From Bacteroidota bacterium (GTDB lineage: Bacteria > Bacteroidota > Bacteroidia > UKL13-3): a stretch of DNA of 64,000 bases. The position numbers and the translations under genes were made by a program. The DNA lies in contig JANYDU010000027.1 in assembly GCA_025359805.1 (NCBI GenBank), positions 33,744 through 97,743 of the forward strand. Direction: 5' to 3'. Numbering within the stretch: position 1 is the stretch's first letter; each line of letters begins with the position of its first letter. The notes beneath the pieces were generated by a model. The model had not been told where the DNA came from and made no database searches. It was given only the letters and a program-made list of their open reading frames with translations. Below are positions 1-9,233 of the stretch, in pieces.

Positions 1-3000
1 GTAGTGCTGGAGTTACAGAGTGGATATGCATCATCAGCCGAACCATCAACAGGGATTTATTTTGATACCATTGCAAATTCAAACTTATCAAGAAGGGTTA
101 TATTAAGGCCAGGAACAGGATATACTGCATCGGTTTCGGGTTCAGTAGCGGGGGCAGGTTTAATTAATTTAAGAGCAACCAATTACTTAATTATTGATGG
201 TCGTCAAGGCGGAAGTGGTGCAATTGGCTTAACCATTAGCAATACCAATAACACAACTACTGATTCAACATCTACTATACGTTTTGTTAATGATGCGGCC
301 AATAATATTATACGTTATTGTGTATTACAAGGCGCAAGTAAAAGTCCAAATTACGGTGGGGTTTTATTTTTCTCTAAAGGTAATGTGAGTGGAACGGGAA
401 CAGGTAATAGTAATAACACAATTGATGCATGTAGTATTGATGGAACATCAAATGCCAACTCGTTAATTTGTTCAAATGGAACAGTCACATCGCCAACAAA
501 CGAAAACCAAAATGATACGATTAGAAATTGCAAACTGTATGATAACTTTAATGCAGGGGTTGCAAATAATTCAGCTATGTATTTGCTTAATGGATCATCG
601 GGATGGGTTATAACAGGTAATAGTATTTATCAAACATCTTCAAGAACTTTTACAGTACAATCTCCTCATTTTGGAATTTATTGTGGAGTAAACTGGACGA
701 GTGATTATCATGTTATCACTAATAATTATATTGGAGGAAGTTCGCCTAATGCAGTTGGTTCTATGCAAATATCTGCGGGTGCTGTTGTTACGGGTTATCA
801 AGCTATATCAACAAATTTTGGTGGAGCAGGAACAACCATATCAGGCAACACAGTGAGAAATATTTATGTAACTTATGGTTCTTCTGCTGGTTCATATTCC
901 AATGCTGGAATTATTTCTTATATGGGATTTAATGGCGCATCAGGAAGTTTTAGAGGTAATACAGTAGATTCATCAAGCTTTACTAATACTGCTGGTTCTA
1001 TTACTTCAAATGGTGTTTATGTGTTTACACGTATTACTACAAGTTCAAGCACATTTGCACAAACCATATCTGTAAATGCCAATACGGTAAGAAATATTCT
1101 TATATCTACACAAGGTAGTACATTAGCTTTAGCCACAGCTCAATTTCATGGAATAAGAATTGAATCTACATCAGCAGCTTCTATTACAGGAGGCGCAAAT
1201 ACGTTAACCGTTTCATCATTAGATTCAAATACTGTTAGTAATATAACTACTGATGGAAATGGAAGTTCTACATTGAATAGAGGAATGTATGTTACAACTG
1301 TTCAAGGTTCGGGTAGCACAGCCACTCTTAGATCAGTTCCAACTACTGTAAACAACAATCTTGTTGAGTATATTTATTCTAATGCTCGCTTACATAATAA
1401 CTTTAGTAATCCTTGTGCAGTTGGTATTCAAATGAACCCAGTTGCTGCAACTACAATTAACGTAATGCGTAATACAATACGTTACATTCGTTCAACTAAT
1501 ACTGCAGATACTACTTCATTTGTTGCCGGTTTTTGGGGAACTAATGGAATTTATAATATCAATGCAAACAGAATTTATGATTTAACAACAGCTTCGTCAG
1601 GAACAACATCAACACCTAGTATTTTTGGTATTAATATTCGTGGATTAAATGCCGCAAGTACAATTAGTAATAACCACATTTCCTTGGGTAAAAATCAAAC
1701 ATCCAATGCACAAGTGTTCGGTATTGTAAATAATTTTAGTAATGCTGTTCCATTAACCTTGCTTAATAATACAGTAATGATAACCGGAAGTAGTTTGTTT
1801 TTACCGAGTGGTGCATTTTTAAGAGGAACAGAGGTAATGGCGGCAGTTACTAGTCCAATTATACTTAATAATAATCTGTTTATAAATACCCGCTCAATTG
1901 CTGCTGCTACTCCTTGGGCTATGGCTTTGGTTGGAAGTACAACTGTTACCGGAGGAAATAACGTTTATGTAGCTGCCGATTCAACATTGATGTTTTATTA
2001 TAATACAGGTTCGAGATTGTATAAAAACTATGTGGATACCAATGCCACTGAAGCGACTTCATATACTGCAAAATATGGTGCAACAACTAACTTCAGTTTA
2101 AATACTTCAACCGTAAACTTGGCTAATTTATTTACTCCAAATGGATACGATTCATTAGCAAATTTTATAGTAAACACTGGAAATGTGGAGTCATGGTTAT
2201 TGTGTGGAAAAGGGGTTACAAATACTGCTTTAACTACAGATTATTATGGCAATACAAGATCAACTCTTGTAAGCAAAACGATTTCGATTGGAGCTCATGA
2301 GTTTTCAACAGCAACTACACCTCCAAACTGTTACGTAACAAGAAGTATTGCTTTTAATGATTCGCTTGGATTTGTTTTTGCAAGCAGAACAGTTGCGCAA
2401 CTGTATTGGAATGGAACAGGAACATTACCTACAAGTGTTGCTTGTAAATATTATTCAGGTGCTTTACACCCATCTTATCCTTCAGGTAATGCTGGTGCTA
2501 GCTACTGGAACATTACAGGAACAGGTGGAGCAGGTTATGTTTATAATGCTAAAATATTATATGGTGGATTTGAAAAAGGTACAATCACAAATTCAAATAC
2601 AACTACCAAACTTGCATTTTACAATGGTACGTTTTGGAATTACAGATCAGCATCAACTGCTGATACAACTGTATTTCCAAACAATGCGAGTTTAGCTACA
2701 ATTACAACATTGCTTTCATCAACATCTGCATTTGCACTTACTGATAATGTGAGTTCATTACCTGTAAAATTATTAAGTCTTAATGCTACAAAATCAGGAA
2801 AGGATATTACTATTGATTGGTCGACTGCAAGTGAAATAAACAATGCTTATTTTACTGTTGAGCGTTCATTTGATAATAAATTATTTTTCCCTGTTGGCGA
2901 TGTAAAAGGAGCTGTAAACAGTAATGAAACAAGAAATTATTTATTAGTAGATCACGGTGCGCAATCATTCAATCAATCTGTTATTTACTATCGTTTAAAA

Positions 3001-3327
3001 CAAGTTGATGTAAATGGTCAATTTACTTATAGTGATGTGGTTTATGTTAATTATAATTCAAAAACGGAACGTAATATTTCAATTGCTCCAAACCCATTTG
3101 AAAACAACTTAAGTGTATCATTTCAATCAGAAAATATTGCTCTTGCTCAAGTAAAAGTATATGATATGAGCGGTAAATTAGTGGTTGAAATATCAATCAA
3201 TACCATCATCGGTACTAACACGTATCCATTGGATGAATTAGCAAATTTAAATATGGGCATTTACCATATTAACTTTGTGTTTAACAATGAAGTATTAACA
3301 TATAAAGTAATCAAATTGAAAAATTAA
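1..3327 (+). CDS. Secreted repeat-rich surface protein (parallel beta-helix-like repeats) with T9SS C-terminal sorting domain. The 5' end is cut by the window edge.
   Basis: The frame is open to position 1. Repetitive N/T/S/G-rich segments are present (ISGNTVRNI, NANTVRNI, NNHISLG). The C-terminal ~80 aa (ISIAPNPFENNLSVSF...GIYHINFVFNNEVLTYKVIKL) look like a Bacteroidota T9SS CTD. Confidence 0.75.
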   Translation, partial: VVLELQSGYASSAEPSTGIYFDTIANSNLSRRVILRPGTGYTASVSGSVAGAGLINLRATNYLIIDGRQGGSGAIGLTISNTNNTTTDSTSTIRFVNDAANNIIRYCVLQGASKSPNYGGVLFFSKGNVSGTGTGNSNNTIDACSIDGTSNANSLICSNGTVTSPTNENQNDTIRNCKLYDNFNAGVANNSAMYLLNGSSGWVITGNSIYQTSSRTFTVQSPHFGIYCGVNWTSDYHVITNNYIGGSSPNAVGSMQISAGAVVTGYQAISTNFGGAGTTISGNTVRNIYVTYGSSAGSYSNAGIISYMGFNGASGSFRGNTVDSSSFTNTAGSITSNGVYVFTRITTSSSTFAQTISVNANTVRNILISTQGSTLALATAQFHGIRIESTSAASITGGANTLTVSSLDSNTVSNITTDGNGSSTLNRGMYVTTVQGSGSTATLRSVPTTVNNNLVEYIYSNARLHNNFSNPCAVGIQMNPVAATTINVMRNTIRYIRSTNTADTTSFVAGFWGTNGIYNINANRIYDLTTASSGTTSTPSIFGINIRGLNAASTISNNHISLGKNQTSNAQVFGIVNNFSNAVPLTLLNNTVMITGSSLFLPSGAFLRGTEVMAAVTSPIILNNNLFINTRSIAAATPWAMALVGSTTVTGGNNVYVAADSTLMFYYNTGSRLYKNYVDTNATEATSYTAKYGATTNFSLNTSTVNLANLFTPNGYDSLANFIVNTGNVESWLLCGKGVTNTALTTDYYGNTRSTLVSKTISIGAHEFSTATTPPNCYVTRSIAFNDSLGFVFASRTVAQLYWNGTGTLPTSVACKYYSGALHPSYPSGNAGASYWNITGTGGAGYVYNAKILYGGFEKGTITNSNTTTKLAFYNGTFWNYRSASTADTTVFPNNASLATITTLLSSTSAFALTDNVSSLPVKLLSLNATKSGKDITIDWSTASEINNAYFTVERSFDNKLFFPVGDVKGAVNSNETRNYLLVDHGAQSFNQSVIYYRLKQVDVNGQFTYSDVVYVNYNSKTERNISIAPNPFENNLSVSFQSENIALAQVKVYDMSGKLVVEISINTIIGTNTYPLDELANLNMGIYHINFVFNNEVLTYKVIKLKN

Positions 3328-3347
3328 AAATCAACTAATCCCTATTA

Positions 3348-3376
3348 AAAGGAGGCTTTCGAGTCTCCTTTTTTTA
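3348..3376 (+). terminator. Rho-independent terminator after the surface-protein gene
   Basis: Stem AAAGGAGGC / GTCTCCTTT (one G.U), 6-nt loop TTTCGA, followed by a T-run. Confidence 0.7.
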
Positions 3377-3465
3377 TGTTAAAACTCTTTGTAAATAAAT
3401 TTGTATTTTATTTAGACTAATTACATATAAGTTTAAAACTTGAGTTACATTCGCAACCTAAATTT

Positions 3466-4911
3466 ATGGCAGAAGAATTAGATATCATTGATCAGGTAAC
3501 GCAACAAGAATACAAATATGGCTTTACCACCAATATTGAAATGGATACAGCCCCAAAAGGGTTGAGTGAAGATATTGTGAGATTTATTTCCGCTAAAAAA
3601 AATGAACCGGAATGGATGTTGGAATGGCGTTTAAAGGCTTATAAACATTGGCTTACAATGGATGAACCCGAGTGGCAAAATTTTAAGTACCCTAAAATTA
3701 ATTATCAAGATATTATTTTTTATGCTGCTCCCAAAGAAAAAATAAAGCTTAATAGTTTAAATGAGGTTGATCCCGAATTACTAAAAACATTTGAAAAATT
3801 AGGCATTTCATTAACTGAACAAAAGCGTTTAACTGGAGTTGCAGTAGATGCAGTTTTTGATTCTGTTTCAATAGCCACCACATTTAAAGATCAACTAAAA
3901 GAAAAGGGAGTAATTTTTTGCAGCATTAGTGAAGCCATGCACGAGCACCCCGAATTGGTTAAAAAATATATGGGTTCAGTTGTACCCACAACAGATAATT
4001 ATTTTGCAGCATTAAACTCTGCTGTATTTAGTGATGGCTCATTTGTATATATTCCAAAAGGAGTGAGGTGTCCAATGGAACTTTCTACTTACTTCCGCAT
4101 CAATGCCGAAAATACAGGTCAGTTTGAACGCACATTAATTATTGCCGATGATGATTCTTATGTTTCTTATCTCGAAGGGTGTACTGCACCTATGAGAGAT
4201 GAACATCAACTGCATGCAGCTATTGTTGAGTTAATTGCTCATGATAATGCCGAAATAAAATATTCAACGGTTCAAAATTGGTATCCTGGAGATAAAGAAG
4301 GAAAAGGTGGGATTTATAATTTTGTAACCAAACGAGGAATGTGTGCTGGAGTAAAATCAAAAATTAGTTGGACACAAGTGGAAACGGGTTCAGCCATTAC
4401 ATGGAAATATCCAAGTTGCATTTTAAAGGGAGATTATTCCGTTGGTGAATTTTTTTCAGTGGCTGTTACCAATAATCGTCAGGTGGCCGATACAGGAACA
4501 AAAATGATTCATATTGGAAAAAACACCCGCAGCCGAATTGTATCAAAAGGAATTTCAGCAGGCAAATCTCACAACACCTATAGAGGTTTGGTGAAGGTAA
4601 ATAAGAAAGCCGAAAAAGCACGTAATCACACACAATGCGATAGCATGTTAATTGGTGATAGAAGTGGAGCACACACGTTTCCGTACATCGAAATCAATAA
4701 TCATACAGCCCAAGTTGAACACGAAGCCAGCACATCAAAAATTGGCGAAGACCAGATTTTTTATTGTAATCAACGTGGCATTGGAACCGAAGAAGCCATC
4801 GGATTAATTGTAAATGGATTTTGTCGTGAAGTATTAAATCAATTACCTATGGAATTTGCTGTTGAAGCTCAAAAATTATTGGCAGTGAGTTTGGAAGGAA
4901 GTGTAGGATAG
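3466..4911 (+). CDS. sufB: Fe-S cluster assembly scaffold SufB
   Basis: 481 aa with SufB/D-family C-terminal region ([42 protein letters not shown]). First gene of the suf cluster. Confidence 0.97.
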   Translation: MAEELDIIDQVTQQEYKYGFTTNIEMDTAPKGLSEDIVRFISAKKNEPEWMLEWRLKAYKHWLTMDEPEWQNFKYPKINYQDIIFYAAPKEKIKLNSLNEVDPELLKTFEKLGISLTEQKRLTGVAVDAVFDSVSIATTFKDQLKEKGVIFCSISEAMHEHPELVKKYMGSVVPTTDNYFAALNSAVFSDGSFVYIPKGVRCPMELSTYFRINAENTGQFERTLIIADDDSYVSYLEGCTAPMRDEHQLHAAIVELIAHDNAEIKYSTVQNWYPGDKEGKGGIYNFVTKRGMCAGVKSKISWTQVETGSAITWKYPSCILKGDYSVGEFFSVAVTNNRQVADTGTKMIHIGKNTRSRIVSKGISAGKSHNTYRGLVKVNKKAEKARNHTQCDSMLIGDRSGAHTFPYIEINNHTAQVEHEASTSKIGEDQIFYCNQRGIGTEEAIGLIVNGFCREVLNQLPMEFAVEAQKLLAVSLEGSVG

Positions 4912-4917
4912 AAACCC

Positions 4918-5005
4918 TTTGGCTGTTGGCTTTTTGCCTTTGGCCATTTTTAAATAAATATATTATTAATTGCCAATAGTTAACAGCTAATGGCTAATAG
5001 CTAAA
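4918..5005 (+). repeat. Intercistronic element of tandem heptamers that forms an imperfect + strand-specific stem-loop
   Basis: 4921-4948 reads GGCTGTT GGCTTTT TGCCTTT GGCCATT. 4971-5005 reads TGCCAAT AGTTAAC AGCTAAT GGCTAAT AGCTAAA. The arms pair in register at 26 of 31 positions by my count, 6 of them G.U. Confidence 0.6.
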
Positions 5006-5007
5006 AA

Positions 5008-5766
5008 ATGTTATCAATAAAAAATTTAAAAGCAAAAATTGGAGATAAGGAAATTCTGAAAGGAATAAACCTTGAAGTAAAAGCAGGAGAAATTCACGCC
5101 ATCATGGGACCAAATGGTGCGGGTAAAAGTACACTTTCGGCAGTGCTTGCCGGGCGACCAGATTATGAAATAACAGAAGGTACTGTTACACTTGATGGGA
5201 AAAATTTATTGGAAATGTCGCCCGAAGACAGAGCACGTGAAGGAGTGTTTTTAGCGTTCCAATATCCGGTTGAAATTCCTGGAGTGAGCACAACTAATTT
5301 TTTGAAAACTGCAGTAAACGAAAAACGTAAATACCTTGGTTTAGAACCTATGGAAGCTACTGATTTTTTGAAAATGATGCGCGAAAAAATGGAGCAAGTG
5401 GAGATGGATAAAAGTTTAACATCACGCAGTTTAAATGAAGGATTTAGTGGTGGCGAAAAAAAACGAAATGAGGTTTTTCAAATGGCAATGCTTCAACCCA
5501 AATTATCTATTTTAGATGAAACAGATTCAGGTTTAGATATTGATGCTTTGCGTTTGGTTTCAAATGGAGTGAACAAATTGCGTAGCAAAGACAATGCTTT
5601 TGTTGTAATTACACATTACCAACGTTTGTTAGATTATATCGTTCCTGATTTTGTACATGTATTGTATAAAGGGCGTATTGTAAAAAGTGGCGATAAAGAA
5701 TTAGCAAAAGAATTGGAAGCCAAAGGTTATGATTGGATTAAACAAGAAGTAGAAGCAGCAAATTAA
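5008..5766 (+). CDS. sufC: Fe-S cluster assembly ATPase SufC
   Basis: Walker A GPNGAGKST, ABC signature FSGGEKKR, Walker B LSILDETDSGLD, H-loop ITHY. Confidence 0.97.
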   Translation: MLSIKNLKAKIGDKEILKGINLEVKAGEIHAIMGPNGAGKSTLSAVLAGRPDYEITEGTVTLDGKNLLEMSPEDRAREGVFLAFQYPVEIPGVSTTNFLKTAVNEKRKYLGLEPMEATDFLKMMREKMEQVEMDKSLTSRSLNEGFSGGEKKRNEVFQMAMLQPKLSILDETDSGLDIDALRLVSNGVNKLRSKDNAFVVITHYQRLLDYIVPDFVHVLYKGRIVKSGDKELAKELEAKGYDWIKQEVEAAN

Positions 5767-7055
5767 TGAGTTTACTAGAAAATATTAAACAAGATTTTAA
5801 TCAGTATAAAGAACAAGCAGAACATGATGCGTTTTTTGAAACACGTAAACATGCTTTTGATGCGTTTGAAAAATTAGGATTTCCAACCATTAAAAATGAA
5901 GAATGGAAATACACGAATTTGAAACCTCTTTCAGATATTTTATTTCATAATACCTGTGTGAAATCTATTAATACAGAAGCACTTTTAAGTGGAAGTGTAT
6001 TAAACACAATAACAGCAAATCGTTTAGTATTTGTAAATGGAAGTTTTAATGAATCACTTTCAAACATTATTGAAAAGGATAAAAGCATTATTATTACAAA
6101 TATTGCATCAGCCAGAAAAAAACATCAAGTTATTTTTGAAAAACATTTTGGTAAATATGCAAAAACAGAAACCGAAGGGTTAAATGCGTTGAATACAGCT
6201 TTAATGAGTGATGGCGCATTTATTCATGTGCCTTCAAACAAAATTGTTGAGCATCCAATTGTGATTATGAATGTGATTGATGCTTCTGAAATGAATGTAT
6301 TATGTCAGCCACGTAACTTAATTATTATTGAAAAACAAGCTTCTGCAAAAGTAATTGAGTCCTATATTTCAAATGGAAATAATGCATCGTTTACCAATGT
6401 GGTAAATGAAATTTTTGTAGATGAACACGCACAGTTACATCATTATAAACTACAACGTCAAACAGGAGAAAGTTATCAAAATAATTACACACAATTATAT
6501 CAAGAAGCCAATACAACTATTAATCAAGTAACCTTAACCCTAGATGGAACAATGGTTCGCAACAATCTTCATTTTTATATGAATGGAGAAAATTGCAATA
6601 GTTTATTGTATGGTTTATATATTACTTCACAAAAAAATCATGTCGATAATCATACCCGTGTGGATCATGCAAAACCAAATTGTTTTAGCAATGAACTTTA
6701 CAAAGGTATAATGAAGGATAAATCAACGGCTGTGTTTAATGGTAAAATTATGGTGCATTTAGATGCACAAAAAACCAATGCATATCAACGCAATCAAAAT
6801 ATTTTATTAAGTGATGAAGCCAGCATCAATACAAAACCACAATTAGAAATTTTTGCTGATGATGTAAAGTGTACACATGGAGCCACAATTGGTCAGCTTA
6901 ATGATGAGCAATTATTTTATTTACGTTCACGAGGTATTCCTGAGCACGAAGCACGCACCATGTTGTTAAATGCTTTTGCAGATGAAATTGCCGAGATGAT
7001 AAAAATTCCTGAATTGGTAGCGTTATTGGAAGATGAAATTTCAAATAAATTATAA
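5766..7055 (+). CDS. sufD: Fe-S cluster assembly protein SufD
   Basis: SufB/D-family C-terminus (VKCTHGATIGQLNDEQLFYLRSRGI). The ATG overlaps the sufC stop (TAATG at 5764-5768). Confidence 0.92.
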   Translation: MSLLENIKQDFNQYKEQAEHDAFFETRKHAFDAFEKLGFPTIKNEEWKYTNLKPLSDILFHNTCVKSINTEALLSGSVLNTITANRLVFVNGSFNESLSNIIEKDKSIIITNIASARKKHQVIFEKHFGKYAKTETEGLNALNTALMSDGAFIHVPSNKIVEHPIVIMNVIDASEMNVLCQPRNLIIIEKQASAKVIESYISNGNNASFTNVVNEIFVDEHAQLHHYKLQRQTGESYQNNYTQLYQEANTTINQVTLTLDGTMVRNNLHFYMNGENCNSLLYGLYITSQKNHVDNHTRVDHAKPNCFSNELYKGIMKDKSTAVFNGKIMVHLDAQKTNAYQRNQNILLSDEASINTKPQLEIFADDVKCTHGATIGQLNDEQLFYLRSRGIPEHEARTMLLNAFADEIAEMIKIPELVALLEDEISNKL

Positions 7056-7082
7056 AAATAATATCTGAAATCTGTGGCGAAA

Positions 7083-8333
7083 ATGAATGTAGAATCCATC
7101 AGAAAACAATTTCCAATACTTCATCAAGAAGTAAACGGAAAGCATTTAATTTATTTTGATAATGCGGCTACAACTCAAAAACCATTAGTTGTTATCAATG
7201 CCATCAAACAATATTATGAAACCGATAATGCCAATATTCATAGAGGAATACACACCTTAGCCGAAAGAGCAACCGCAGCATTTGAAGCCACTCGATATGC
7301 AGTTCAAAAATTTATTAATGCCAAAGAACATGCTGAAATTATTTTTACAAAAGGCACAACAGATGGAATTAATTTAGTGGCTCAAAGTTTTAGTAAAGCA
7401 TTTATAAAAGCTGGTGATGAAATTATTATTAGCGGAATGGAACACCACAGTAATATTGTTCCTTGGCAAATGGTGTGTGAAGAAAAAGGCGCTATTTTAA
7501 AAGTGATACCTGTTACTGATGAAGGCGAATTGGATATTGTTGCGTATGATAAATTACTTTCTTCAAAAACAAAATTAGTTGCCTGTGTATATGTTTCAAA
7601 TTCATTAGGAACAATCAATCCTATCAAACAAATTATTGAACAGGCACATATAGTTGGAGCAAAAGTTTTGGTTGATGGCGCACAAGCAGCATCGCATTTA
7701 GATATTGATGTACAAGAATTGGATGCTGATTTTTTTGTGTTTAGTGCTCATAAAGTTTATGGCCCAACGGGTGTTGGCGTTTTGTACGGCAAGCGTGATT
7801 TATTAGATGCTATGCCTCCTTACCAATGTGGAGGAGAAATGATAAAAGAAGTAACTTTTGAGAAGACCACCTATAACGAATTACCCTATAAATTTGAAGC
7901 AGGAACACCCAATATTGCAGATGTAATTGCATTTAAATATGCCATTGATTTTGTAAACGAAATTGGTAAAGAAGAAATTCGTGATTACGAAAATGAGTTA
8001 TTGAATTATTTCGTTGTCGGGGCAAATTGCATTCGCCCGATGGTGGAAAAAGGTTTAACTCTAAATGGTGAATTCAATTCGCCAATACGATTATACGGAA
8101 CAGCTAAAGAAAAAGTTGCCGTGCAAAGTTTTGTAATAAATGGAATGCACCATTTTGATGCAGGTATGATGTTGGATGCGAAAGGAATTGCCGTTAGAAC
8201 AGGACATCATTGTACACAACCTTTGATGAAACGTTTTGGTATTGAAGGAACTATTAGAGCATCGTTTGCCATATATAATACCAAACAAGAAATCGATGTA
8301 TTTGTGGAAGCGATTAATCGATTAGTAAATTGA
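7083..8333 (+). CDS. sufS: Cysteine desulfurase SufS (class V aminotransferase)
   Basis: PLP-lysine motif SAHKVYGPTG and catalytic Cys loop RTGHHCTQPLM. ATG 7083 (MNVESIRKQFPIL) is preferred over the upstream in-frame GTG at 7074. Confidence 0.95.
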   Translation: MNVESIRKQFPILHQEVNGKHLIYFDNAATTQKPLVVINAIKQYYETDNANIHRGIHTLAERATAAFEATRYAVQKFINAKEHAEIIFTKGTTDGINLVAQSFSKAFIKAGDEIIISGMEHHSNIVPWQMVCEEKGAILKVIPVTDEGELDIVAYDKLLSSKTKLVACVYVSNSLGTINPIKQIIEQAHIVGAKVLVDGAQAASHLDIDVQELDADFFVFSAHKVYGPTGVGVLYGKRDLLDAMPPYQCGGEMIKEVTFEKTTYNELPYKFEAGTPNIADVIAFKYAIDFVNEIGKEEIRDYENELLNYFVVGANCIRPMVEKGLTLNGEFNSPIRLYGTAKEKVAVQSFVINGMHHFDAGMMLDAKGIAVRTGHHCTQPLMKRFGIEGTIRASFAIYNTKQEIDVFVEAINRLVN

Positions 8334-8385
8334 AAAAGTATATAACAACGTAATTTTTTTTTTAAAACTAAGCACTAACAACTAA

Positions 8386-8808
8386 TTGAATACATCAACA
8401 GATATACAAAACGAAATCATTGAAAATTTTTCATTGTTTGAAGATGATATGGAAAGCCGTTTATTATATTTAATGGACTTAGGTAAGAAGTTGCCGCCAA
8501 TGAATGAAGCATTGAAAACAGAAGATAATATGGTAAAAGGTTGCCAAAGTAAAGTTTGGTTAAATGCACGTTTTGAAAATGGAAAAGTTTTTTTTGAAGC
8601 GGATAGCAATACAGAAATTACAAAAGGATTAATCAGTTTATTGGTGAGCGTTTGGAATGGACAATCACCAGATGAGATATTAAATACCGAATTGTTTTTT
8701 ATTGATAAAATAGGAATGAGTAGAATGATTGGAAGCCAAAGAAGCAATGGTTTTGCAAGCATGATAAAACAAATGAAAATTTATGCAATAGCATTTAAAG
8801 CAAATTAG
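8386..8808 (+). CDS. sufE: Sulfur acceptor SufE
   Basis: SufE-family sequence with the conserved Cys in MVKGCQSKVWL. The TTG start at 8386 is needed to keep the conserved N-terminus. Confidence 0.9.
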   Translation: MNTSTDIQNEIIENFSLFEDDMESRLLYLMDLGKKLPPMNEALKTEDNMVKGCQSKVWLNARFENGKVFFEADSNTEITKGLISLLVSVWNGQSPDEILNTELFFIDKIGMSRMIGSQRSNGFASMIKQMKIYAIAFKAN

Positions 8809-8812
8809 AAAG

Positions 8813-8847
8813 TGGCTAATGGCTAATTGCCAAAAGTTAAAAGCTAA
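8813..8847 (+). repeat. Tandem heptamer spacer (TGGCTAA TGGCTAA TTGCCAA AAGTTAA AAGCTAA), paralogous to the sufB-sufC spacer arm
   Basis: Five consecutive heptamers. 8827-8847 matches 4970-4990 at 19 of 21 positions. Confidence 0.7.
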
Positions 8848-8849
8848 AT

Positions 8850-9191
8850 ATGGAAGACATAAAAAATACCCAACCGATAAGAACATTTGTAGATGTGCAA
8901 AATGAAGCCATTCAGGTTTTGCAATCTGTGTTTGACCCTGAAATTCCTGTTAATATTTATGAGTTAGGATTAATTTATGAAGTAAATGTTTCAAACGATT
9001 TGAATATAGAAATCATCATGTCGCTTACCTCACCATTTTGCCCAGCTGCGCAAAGTATGCCTGCCGAAATAAAAGAAAAAATAAGCGCAATGGAAGGGGT
9101 AAAAGAAGTGGAAGTAAAAGTGGTTTTTGATCCACCTTGGAGCCAAGATTTGATGAGCGAAGCAGCAAAATTACAATTAGGTTTTATGTAG
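8850..9191 (+). CDS. DUF59/MIP18-family Fe-S assembly protein (SufT-like)
   Basis: DPEIPVNIYELGLIY and LTSPFCPAA motifs. Last gene of the suf cluster. Confidence 0.85.
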   Translation: MEDIKNTQPIRTFVDVQNEAIQVLQSVFDPEIPVNIYELGLIYEVNVSNDLNIEIIMSLTSPFCPAAQSMPAEIKEKISAMEGVKEVEVKVVFDPPWSQDLMSEAAKLQLGFM

Positions 9192-9233
9192 TTAGATTAC
9201 TTTATAAGGAGTTAACCCAACCAATTTTTCATT

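Noticed and set aside
4918-8847. Possibility that the tandem heptamer spacers are CRISPR-like or minisatellite arrays
   Set aside because: The units are only 7-8 nt, degenerate and contiguous with no spacers, and the arrays span only 30-70 nt. No cas genes are present. No CRISPR array was seen anywhere in the window.
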